From positions 1,102-65,101 of the forward strand of contig JAKACD010000004.1 of the NCBI GenBank assembly GCA_021821785.1: a DNA stretch of 64,000 bases. Reading direction: 5' to 3'. Numbering within the stretch: position 1 is the first letter of the stretch; each line of letters starts with the position of its first letter. A model generated the notes under the pieces. It was not told the origin of the DNA. It ran no database searches and saw only the letters and a list, made by a program, of their open reading frames with translations. Origin of the DNA: Thermoplasmata archaeon. GTDB taxonomy: Archaea > Thermoplasmatota > Thermoplasmata > Lutacidiplasmatales > UBA184. Positions 35,003 through 42,307 of the stretch are shown one piece after another. The translations under genes and the position numbers were made by a program.

Positions 35003-35632
35003 CTAGGTCGTCGGGGGGCGCCGCCGGGTCGAGGGCGGCTCGAGGAGCGCATCCAGCGTCCGTTGGCCCCGGGGCCGGGGACCTTCGGCCGAACGGGAGC
35101 GGATCGGCCAGGCTCCCTCGTGGTCGAGGAGCCATCGCTTGCGCCAGAGCCCGAGCCCGTAGCCCGTGATCGACCCCCCGAGCCCGATCACCCGGTGGCA
35201 GGGGATGACGATGGGGATCGGGTTTCGGTGCATCGCGCCCCCGACCGCCCGCGCCGCCCCGGGGTAGCCGGCCTGGCGCGCGAGCTCGCCGTAGGTCACG
35301 GTGCGGCCCGCCGACACCCGGCCCAGCGCCTCCCAGACCTTCCGGTCGAAGGCGGAATCGGAATCCGGGTCGATCGTGAGCTCGAAGCGGGTCCGCTCTC
35401 CGCGGAAGTACTCCTGGAGCTGCCGAGGGGGGCTCCCCGAGGGGAACGGGGCCTTCCGACGCGAGGCTCCCGGGGGCAACCCGGTCTGGGCGACCCCGTT
35501 CTCGAGGAGGTCGACGACCCGCACGTTCTGTCCCTGGTAGACCACTCGGAAGGTCCCGATCGGGGTCGAGACGTCGGAATATTGGAGCGGCTCCACCATC
35601 GTCGGGGAACGGGCGTCGGGGCTTATCTCCAT
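35003..35632 (-). CDS. ogt: methylated-DNA--protein-cysteine methyltransferase
   Basis: Active site IPCHRVI, TVTYGELA and HRNPIPIVIP. A ~36-aa basic C-terminal tail follows the conserved end. Confidence 0.88.
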   Translation of the reverse strand: MEISPDARSPTMVEPLQYSDVSTPIGTFRVVYQGQNVRVVDLLENGVAQTGLPPGASRRKAPFPSGSPPRQLQEYFRGERTRFELTIDPDSDSAFDRKVWEALGRVSAGRTVTYGELARQAGYPGAARAVGGAMHRNPIPIVIPCHRVIGLGGSITGYGLGLWRKRWLLDHEGAWPIRSRSAEGPRPRGQRTLDALLEPPSTRRRPPTT

Positions 35633-35633
35633 T

Positions 35634-36323
35634 TCAACCGGGGCCGTCCCCTTCGAGGCCCGTCGAGGTGATGCGGAACTCCGCCGCTCCCTCGGGGAGC
35701 GAGCGGTGCTTCAGGAGGACGACCCGGCGCCGGTTCCCGGCGAGCCGGTCGAACCGGAGGATCGTCTTCGCCGCGTGGTTCAGGAACGAGCCCCCGAGAG
35801 GCTCGAGGGTTCCCTCCCGGATGCTTCGCCAGACCTGATTGGTGAACAGCACGGGCACCTCCTCCTCGAGCGCGAGCGAGACCAGGTCGGCGACCGCGAC
35901 CGAAAGCGCCTGCCGGGCGTCGTCCTCGTCCGGCCCCGAAAGCGAGAGCCGGTAGTAGTACGTGCCGGAATCGACGACGATGAGGCCCACCGGCCGTTTC
36001 CGGTCGCGGACCAGCGCGCCGACCGCCGCGACCGCGCGTCCCTGCTCCGCGAGGCTCTTCGGGGTCGATAGGAGCAGATGGTCGAGGACCGCATCGAGGT
36101 CGTCGGCCGCGATCGCCCGCAGCCGGTCGACGCTGACTCCCTCGGTGTCGATGTAGACGACCCACCGTCCGGACCGGGCGACCCGGACCGCGATCTCGAG
36201 GCAGAAGAGGGTCTTGCCGCTCCCGCCCTCGCCGTAGATCTCGGTGAGACAGTCGGTCTCGAGGCCCCCCTTCAGCAGCCGATCGACGGACGGGATCCCC
36301 GTCGAAAGTCGCTCGGCGGCCAT
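35634..36323 (-). CDS. radB: DNA repair and recombination protein RadB (RecA/Rad51 paralog)
   Basis: STGIPSVDRLLKGGLE...EIYGEGGSGKT Walker A. At ~229 aa it lacks the RadA N-terminal HhH domain. Confidence 0.88.
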   Translation of the reverse strand: MAAERLSTGIPSVDRLLKGGLETDCLTEIYGEGGSGKTLFCLEIAVRVARSGRWVVYIDTEGVSVDRLRAIAADDLDAVLDHLLLSTPKSLAEQGRAVAAVGALVRDRKRPVGLIVVDSGTYYYRLSLSGPDEDDARQALSVAVADLVSLALEEEVPVLFTNQVWRSIREGTLEPLGGSFLNHAAKTILRFDRLAGNRRRVVLLKHRSLPEGAAEFRITSTGLEGDGPG

Positions 36324-36354
36324 CGCGTCGGCGAGAACGGCGGGGGGGCTTAAT

Positions 36355-37710
36355 CTAGCGGCCGGGGGCGGCCCCGATGGGGTACGGGACGCCGAGCTCG
36401 GGCGGGTGCACGCCGGGGACCTCTGCCTCGAACGCCTCGGGGTGCTCGGTATGGATCGGGTAGACCCGTTCGGCGCGGACGGCCCGCACGAGCTCGTACA
36501 GCTCTGCGGCGGAGGCGTGGCCGCTCGCGTGGAACTGGTGGAAGGAGAGGTGGAAGTGGTCGAGCCAATTGTGCATCACCCTGTCGTCGACGTCGTCCTC
36601 AGTGAACGGCTCGCTCATCGAGTGGATGAACGGCGCCCCGGGGGGAGGCCGAAGGTCGATGAGCTCGGGGAAGTGGAGGAGGTCCAGCGCGAGGAGGTAG
36701 CGGCTCCCCTCCCGACGGACCTCGTCCGCGGAGATCGCCTCGTCGAGGAACGGCTTCTCCCAGTTGAAGTTCCGCTTCTTCTTCCGCTCGTAGACGACGA
36801 GGCCCTCCGCCGCGCCAGGGAGCGGGAATCCGTCGCGGCCGAAGCGGGGCCCGATCGTCGCGAGCAGATGGGCGGTCCGCGGGGAGATCACGAGCGATCG
36901 GTCGGCCCGGCGGGCCGCTCCGTAGAGCGTCACCAAGCGGTCGATGTCCCGCGGGTAGGTGCAGGCGAGGACCAGCGAACGGTGCCGCGCGAGCAGCCCG
37001 TCGACCGCCGCGCGCACGCCCTCCTCGGAGAAATTGCGGCGGGGATCGGGGCCGGCCCGCGTTCCCTCGATGAGCAGCGCCTGCGGCTTCTCGGCCGCCG
37101 CGGCACGGAAGAACGCGTGCGTGTCGTCGGCGCGGGGCCCGTGATGACGGAAGTCACCGGAGTAAACGAGACTTCCTTCGGAGGTTCGGACGATGAACCC
37201 GTAGGCGAACGGGATCGAGTGATCGACGGGGTACGGGACCACCTCGAGACGGCCGATGTGGATCGGGGCCCGGTCGGCAAAGGTCCGGTAGGCGTGCTCG
37301 CCGTAGCGCATCGCGGTCGAGGTCTCGATCGCCGTCATCATCTCCCGCGTCCCCGCGCCGACGTAGACGGGGATCTCGGGGTCGACCAGGTCGAGATAGC
37401 CGGCGTGATCGGCGTGCGCGTGGCTGACGAAGATGCCGTGGATCTCGGGCGGCGCGTACTCGAGGTCGGCGTCCGCGAGCGCCTCTCGGGCGTAGAGCCC
37501 GTTCACGCGGGGAATGAGGCCGAACTCGAGCAGGTCCTTCGCGGGGCTCGTCGAGCGCGGACGCAGGTAGTCGACGTAGTACTCCTCGAACTGGGGCGAG
37601 AACGACGGTCCGAAGTCGAACAGGATGCGGTCCGGCCCATCCTCGATGAGGATCTTGTTGCCGCCGATCTCCCGGACGCCCCCGAGGAAGGTGACGGTGG
37701 GCGACTTCAT
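36355..37710 (-). CDS. beta-CASP / metallo-beta-lactamase-fold ribonuclease (aRNase J or aCPSF2-like)
   Basis: GGVREIGGN, HAHADHAG (HxHxDH), YSGDFR and LLIEGT blocks. Its 451 aa size fits the short archaeal beta-CASP families. I cannot separate the two subfamilies by eye. Confidence 0.75.
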   Translation of the reverse strand: MKSPTVTFLGGVREIGGNKILIEDGPDRILFDFGPSFSPQFEEYYVDYLRPRSTSPAKDLLEFGLIPRVNGLYAREALADADLEYAPPEIHGIFVSHAHADHAGYLDLVDPEIPVYVGAGTREMMTAIETSTAMRYGEHAYRTFADRAPIHIGRLEVVPYPVDHSIPFAYGFIVRTSEGSLVYSGDFRHHGPRADDTHAFFRAAAAEKPQALLIEGTRAGPDPRRNFSEEGVRAAVDGLLARHRSLVLACTYPRDIDRLVTLYGAARRADRSLVISPRTAHLLATIGPRFGRDGFPLPGAAEGLVVYERKKKRNFNWEKPFLDEAISADEVRREGSRYLLALDLLHFPELIDLRPPPGAPFIHSMSEPFTEDDVDDRVMHNWLDHFHLSFHQFHASGHASAAELYELVRAVRAERVYPIHTEHPEAFEAEVPGVHPPELGVPYPIGAAPGR

Positions 37711-37818
37711 CGATGGACGAACGACCGGTCGGGCTTAGGTGTTTGGGGCGGTCGCCCCGCACGAGGGACTGCGGCCGGTGGACGGCGCGACGGGAGGGGG
37801 GAGGGCTCCCGAGGGCGC

Positions 37819-37953
37819 TCAGCGCGCCTTCAGAACCTTCTTCACGTTCGGGTGTTCCTTCGTGAAGATCTTGCCCCCGCAGTTGTCGCAGCGGACCCCG
37901 AAGAGGTTCGCGTCGGAGGGGAGGGCCTCCCCGCATCGGATGCAGCGGAACAT
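37819..37953 (-). CDS. rpoP: DNA-directed RNA polymerase subunit P (Rpo12)
   Basis: A 44-aa zinc ribbon, MFRCIRCGEA...RCDNCGGKIF. The ATG is internal to the 37819..38325 ORF. A CGCTTAAGCG island lies about 30 nt upstream. Confidence 0.8.
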   Translation of the reverse strand: MFRCIRCGEALPSDANLFGVRCDNCGGKIFTKEHPNVKKVLKAR

Positions 37954-37979
37954 CGCTCGTGACGACCGGTGGGGGGCGC

Positions 37980-38249
37980 TTAAGCGTTGCCCGCCCCGGC
38001 CTCCCGCTCGGTGCGCGTGATCGGCGGAGGCGCCTGGAAGACGTAGGCGTTCGACGCGTAGCGGGTGCCGCAGCGGCGGCACTCGAAGACGCCCGACGCG
38101 ACGCGGCGCACGGTGACGGTCGAGCAACGGGGGCACGCGGCGTCCCGCTCGCGCGCGCGGTCGATGTCGAGGACGCGCCGGCGAATGCGGATCCCGTAGC
38201 GGGCTCCCATCCAGCCGGTCAGACCGACCTTCTTCGTTCGCTTGCTCAT
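37980..38249 (-). CDS. rpl37ae: 50S ribosomal protein L37Ae (eL43)
   Basis: KKVGLTGWMGARYG...CPRC...CRRCG zinc ribbon. Confidence 0.93.
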   Translation of the reverse strand: MSKRTKKVGLTGWMGARYGIRIRRRVLDIDRARERDAACPRCSTVTVRRVASGVFECRRCGTRYASNAYVFQAPPPITRTEREAGAGNA

Positions 38250-39034
38250 GCCGAGCCTCCCCGCGCGAGCGCTCGCAGCCGCTCGCCGTGGCGGAACGCA
38301 CGGCGCGCGATCTCTTTGACGTCATCGGGCGAGAAGGCGCCGACCAGGCCCTTCTGCATCGCGACGATCCGCCCGACCTCGTCGGTGGCGACCGTGAGCC
38401 GGCCCTGGGCCGCCTGCTCCTCGTCGAAGCTGGGATCGACGACGATCGTGTCGCCGAGCCGCACGAACGTGCACTCGATCGGGACGTGCTGGATTGCGAG
38501 GGGATAGTCGGCCTCCGCGATCCCGAACCGCTTCGCCGGAACCGTCGCGCGCGTGAGCGCGGCGACGGCCGCGAGGAGCGACGCGTCGATCAGGTTGCCG
38601 TCGTGGTCGATGACGTGGACGTCCGTGTAGCAGACCCAGGACTTCTCGCCCGGGGTCACGCACAGCTTGGTCAGATCGATCGTCTCCGCCGCGCGGATCG
38701 CCCGGTCGACGACCCTCGAGACCTCGATCGCCCCGGGCTGGGGCGGTCCGGGCTCGAACATCGCGTTCGAGAGCGGGATCAGCTCGGCGTTCGTGGTGAG
38801 GACCCCGGCGTTCGGCGTGTCCGGGAACGGCTTGCCCGGTTCGAGCTTGATGCCCGCGACCACGGTCGTATCCCCGACGCGGACGAGCGCGGAGCCGTCC
38901 GCGGTCGCCACGAAGCCGGGTTCGATACGGATCGGTCGGTACTCGTCGGGCGATCGCCCGTCGAGCCGCTTACCCTCGGCCGCCAGGTCGAGGATATGGG
39001 TCGTCCGGATCTCGGCCGCCGCCTCGGCGCTCAT
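38246..39034 (-). CDS. rrp42: exosome complex protein Rrp42 (RNase PH-like, inactive subunit)
   Basis: KRLDGRSPDEYRPIRIE...ADGSALVRVGDTTVVAGIK, in the position after rrp41. Confidence 0.9.
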   Translation of the reverse strand: MSAEAAAEIRTTHILDLAAEGKRLDGRSPDEYRPIRIEPGFVATADGSALVRVGDTTVVAGIKLEPGKPFPDTPNAGVLTTNAELIPLSNAMFEPGPPQPGAIEVSRVVDRAIRAAETIDLTKLCVTPGEKSWVCYTDVHVIDHDGNLIDASLLAAVAALTRATVPAKRFGIAEADYPLAIQHVPIECTFVRLGDTIVVDPSFDEEQAAQGRLTVATDEVGRIVAMQKGLVGAFSPDDVKEIARRAFRHGERLRALARGGSA

Positions 39035-39783
39035 GCCGCGCCTCCCTCGGTCGGTCGCGGCGAGTACTTGTCGCGCAACGCCGCCTTCATCTTCTCGTAG
39101 ATCACCTGGCAGCCCTGCACGCCCAGTTCGAGCGACCGGCTGAGCTCCTCCTCGGTCATGTGGCCCTCCATCTGGAGCAGTACGAGCCGCCCGGACTGCG
39201 GGACGAGGGCCATCGGCAGGTCGGCCTCCCCGTAGTTGTCCTCTTCCTTCTTGAGGTCGAGGGCGATCGCGCCGCCGACCTTCCCTACGGCGACCGCGGG
39301 CAGCAGGTCGACCATCGGGATGCCGGCATCGGCGAGGGCCACGGACGCCGCCACGAGGCCCGCGCAGCGGGTCCCGGCGTTCGCCTGGAGCACCTCGATG
39401 TAGACGTCGATGCTCGTCCGGGGGAACTCCTCCGCGAAGACGACCGACTCGAACGCCTCGCCGATCACCTTCGAGATCTCCTGCGATCGGCGGTCGAGGC
39501 CGGGGCGCTTGCGCTCATCGACCGAGAACGCGGCCATGTTGTAGCGGCACTGGATGACCGCCTTGTCGTTCTGCTGGAGGTGGCGGGGGTGGACTTCCCG
39601 GGGTCCGTAGACCGCGGCCATCACCTTGTTCGCTCCCCACTCCACGAACGCCGAGCCATCGGCCTGGTGGAGAGGACCGGCTTCGATACGGATCGGCCGG
39701 AGTTCGTCGAGCTTCCGGCCATCGATCCGGAGCCCTTCCGGGCTCAGGAGTACCGGCACTTCTTTCGCTCCTACGCTTCCCAT
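39031..39783 (-). CDS. rrp41: exosome complex exonuclease Rrp41 (RNase PH-like, active subunit)
   Basis: LRIDGRKLDELRPIRIEAG...ADGSAFVEWGANKVMAAVYGPRE and GTRCAG motifs. Confidence 0.92.
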   Translation of the reverse strand: MGSVGAKEVPVLLSPEGLRIDGRKLDELRPIRIEAGPLHQADGSAFVEWGANKVMAAVYGPREVHPRHLQQNDKAVIQCRYNMAAFSVDERKRPGLDRRSQEISKVIGEAFESVVFAEEFPRTSIDVYIEVLQANAGTRCAGLVAASVALADAGIPMVDLLPAVAVGKVGGAIALDLKKEEDNYGEADLPMALVPQSGRLVLLQMEGHMTEEELSRSLELGVQGCQVIYEKMKAALRDKYSPRPTEGGAA

Positions 39784-39802
39784 GGTTCTTTCCTCTGGAA
39801 TT

Positions 39803-40669
39803 TCACGGTGGTTCGGATCCGGGTTCTCCGGGTCCCTCGTCAGTCTCCGTCTCCTCGTCGCCCGCGGGGACCGGCAGGCCCTCGTCCTCGGGGACGTCCC
39901 GGTGCGCGCTCTCGCGCGGCGGCTCCTCGGGGCCCCGCTCGGTCGTCGGCATCGTCGCGAGCAGGTAGCTCTCGACGCGCTCGGTGAGGCCCGGCCGCTG
40001 ACCGTCCTCGTCGATCATGCGGAGGACCTCGGAGACCCGCCGGATCGTCTCGGGGGTCCCGTCGACCCAGACCCGTCCGTTCTGGCCGACCGCGACCTTC
40101 GCGCCGGTATGCCGGGTGATCGTCTCGATCATCGAGCCGCCCCGGCCGACCACTCTCGGCACGCGCGCGGGGGAGATGTGCACGATCGTGCCGCCCTCGA
40201 GCTTGCCGAGACGCTCCCCGTTCATCGTGACGCCGATCCGGCCCGTCGCCTCGAGGCTCTCGACCTCGACGACGACCGCATCGCCGACCCGCAGGTAGCG
40301 GTCGGTCTCGCCGATGTCGACCTTCCAGGGCGTGCCGGTCATGTGCAGCGGCGCCCAGCGGGGCGCGCCGATGTCGAGGAGCCAGAACGTCGATTGCACG
40401 TCCGTGACGATCCCGACGACCACGTCCCGGGGGTGGGGGATGTACCGACCCGAAAGGGCGACGACCTGGACGATCGGCGGGCGGGGCGACAGGAGCCCGA
40501 GCACGCTCGCGTAGACCTTGCCGCCGACGCGGTAGGTACCAGGTCCGGGTTTCAGCCCGTGACTGTCGATCTCTTCCCCAGGAAGAACTAGCACCCGTTC
40601 GCCCGACGGGGGCGAGGGTCCTCCCTCGCGACCACGCCGTCGGTGGCCGGGCCGATGGCCTCGTGACAT
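39803..40669 (-). CDS. rrp4: exosome complex RNA-binding protein Rrp4 (S1 + KH) with basic N- and acidic C-terminal extensions
   Basis: An S1-like block (RYIPHPRDVVVGIVTDV) and the KH GxxG block (VPRVVGRGGSMI). Confidence 0.9.
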   Translation of the reverse strand: MSRGHRPGHRRRGREGGPSPPSGERVLVLPGEEIDSHGLKPGPGTYRVGGKVYASVLGLLSPRPPIVQVVALSGRYIPHPRDVVVGIVTDVQSTFWLLDIGAPRWAPLHMTGTPWKVDIGETDRYLRVGDAVVVEVESLEATGRIGVTMNGERLGKLEGGTIVHISPARVPRVVGRGGSMIETITRHTGAKVAVGQNGRVWVDGTPETIRRVSEVLRMIDEDGQRPGLTERVESYLLATMPTTERGPEEPPRESAHRDVPEDEGLPVPAGDEETETDEGPGEPGSEPP

Positions 40670-40705
40670 GATTCTTGCTGCACCGGGGCGCGCGACGGGC
40701 GGGGG

Positions 40706-41401
40706 CTATTTAACCAACACGGTCTCGGCGGCCCCCTTGGTCCGGGCGCTCAGCTTCTCGTAGAGCTCGGTCTGCATGCCGGCGGGGATCTCGACGATCC
40801 CGCTCCAGCTGCCGTCCGAGAGCCACTGCTCGTCGAGGAGCTTGCCGAGCCCCTTCACCTCGCCGATCACCCGCGGGTAGTGCTGGCCCGGGAGCTTCAC
40901 GCGGACCTTGACCACATCGAGCCGGATCGGGATCAGGGGACGCAGCTTCGCGAGGACCTCCTGCACCTGCGCGTCGATCGGTTTGAAGGGGTCGATATGG
41001 ACCTTCGCCTCCAACATGGCCGACTCGATCCGCGCCGGGGGATGGGGCGCGCCGGTCTGCGGGTTCATCGCGTTGCGGGCGATCACGGCCACGATCTGAC
41101 GGTGCTTCGCCGCCTGGAGCTGGTGGCGCTGCTCGGTCGTGACCTGGACCTCGCCCTTGAGGACGATCTGCTTCGCGATCGCCGCGATGTTCCGGGTGTG
41201 GAACGTCTTCTCGAGGTGCTCGTCGCTGATCTTGTCGCCCTTCTTCGCGTCCTTGAAGACCTGGTCGAGGGCGAGCTTGTCCGAGAGGTCGACGTCCTTG
41301 CCGTCCTTCAGGTCCTGGACGGCCTGCGGGTCGACCAGCACCTCGAAGCGCGACCCGGCGGTCTCCCAGCGGGCAATGACGGCGTCGTCGACCTTCACCA
41401 T
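40706..41401 (-). CDS. sdo1: SBDS-family ribosome maturation protein (Sdo1)
   Basis: VIARWETAGSRFEVLVDP...DQVFKD...KGEVQVTTEQR pattern of SBDS. Confidence 0.92.
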   Translation of the reverse strand: MVKVDDAVIARWETAGSRFEVLVDPQAVQDLKDGKDVDLSDKLALDQVFKDAKKGDKISDEHLEKTFHTRNIAAIAKQIVLKGEVQVTTEQRHQLQAAKHRQIVAVIARNAMNPQTGAPHPPARIESAMLEAKVHIDPFKPIDAQVQEVLAKLRPLIPIRLDVVKVRVKLPGQHYPRVIGEVKGLGKLLDEQWLSDGSWSGIVEIPAGMQTELYEKLSARTKGAAETVLVK

Positions 41402-41425
41402 GGACCGGGGGTGCGTCGCGCCGGT

Positions 41426-42181
41426 CTAGGCGCGGCCGCTCTTACCCGTTTGCCCGGCGGGGGCGAGACGGCCGACGTACTTCTGGATCTCGTCGGCCCC
41501 CAAGCGCGTCATCCCGACCTCGCGCTCGACCGTGCAGACCTCGACCTGGGCGAGACTGCCGCCCTCGTCCAGTCCGGCGCGGAGCCCTTCGAGGGCCAGG
41601 AGGATCGCGGAGTCCCGGTCCATGCCGGGTCGGTACTTTTGCTCGAAGAGCTCCATCACCGGTCCCTTGTTGCCACCGGTGCTCGCCGCCTTGAAGCTCG
41701 TGAGCGAACCGGACGGCTCGGTCTCGAAGAGGTGGACCCCCGAGTCATCGTAGCCGCCGACGAGCAGCGCGGTACCGAACGGTCGGACGCCGCCGTACTG
41801 GGTGTACTGCTGCTTGTAATCGCAGATGCGCCGCACCAGGAGCTCGACCGACATCGGCTCGGCGTACGTGACCCGGTTGACCTGGGCGGACAGGCGCGCG
41901 AAGTCCACGAGCACCCGCGCATCGGCGACAAGTCCCGCGGTCGCGCAGGCGATGTTCTCGTCGATCTCGTGGATCTTCTCGAGGCTCGAGGGCTCGGCGA
42001 GCTTCGGGTTCGGGATGCGGCGGTCGGCGATGAGCACGACGCCGTTCGCATAGACGACACCGGCGGTGGTCGCCCCGCGTCGGACCGCTTCCCGCGCGTA
42101 CTCGACCTGGAACAGCCGGCCGTCCGGGGAGAACACGGTGATCGCCCGGTCGTAGGCCATCTGGCCCGGTTGCATCTCCAT
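41426..42181 (-). CDS. psmA: proteasome subunit alpha
   Basis: YDRAITVFSPDGRLFQVEYAREAV signature. Confidence 0.95.
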   Translation of the reverse strand: MEMQPGQMAYDRAITVFSPDGRLFQVEYAREAVRRGATTAGVVYANGVVLIADRRIPNPKLAEPSSLEKIHEIDENIACATAGLVADARVLVDFARLSAQVNRVTYAEPMSVELLVRRICDYKQQYTQYGGVRPFGTALLVGGYDDSGVHLFETEPSGSLTSFKAASTGGNKGPVMELFEQKYRPGMDRDSAILLALEGLRAGLDEGGSLAQVEVCTVEREVGMTRLGADEIQKYVGRLAPAGQTGKSGRA

Positions 42182-42210
42182 CGGATCTGCCTCGGCCCGG
42201 CACTGAGGTC

Positions 42211-42224
42211 CCCCTTATAAGGGG
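42211..42224. promoter_or_regulatory. perfectly palindromic TATA-like element CCCCTTATAAGGGG
   Basis: A 14-nt perfect palindrome centred about 36 nt upstream of the psmA ATG (42181, minus) and about 90 nt upstream of the plus-strand gene at 42308. Confidence 0.5.
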
Positions 42225-42307
42225 AACGCGGGCAGTAACGCATCCGTCAGCCGATTACGCCGCGTCCTCCCGGGCCACGGGGCCCCGGAAGGCGTTCCGC
42301 CAATCCT

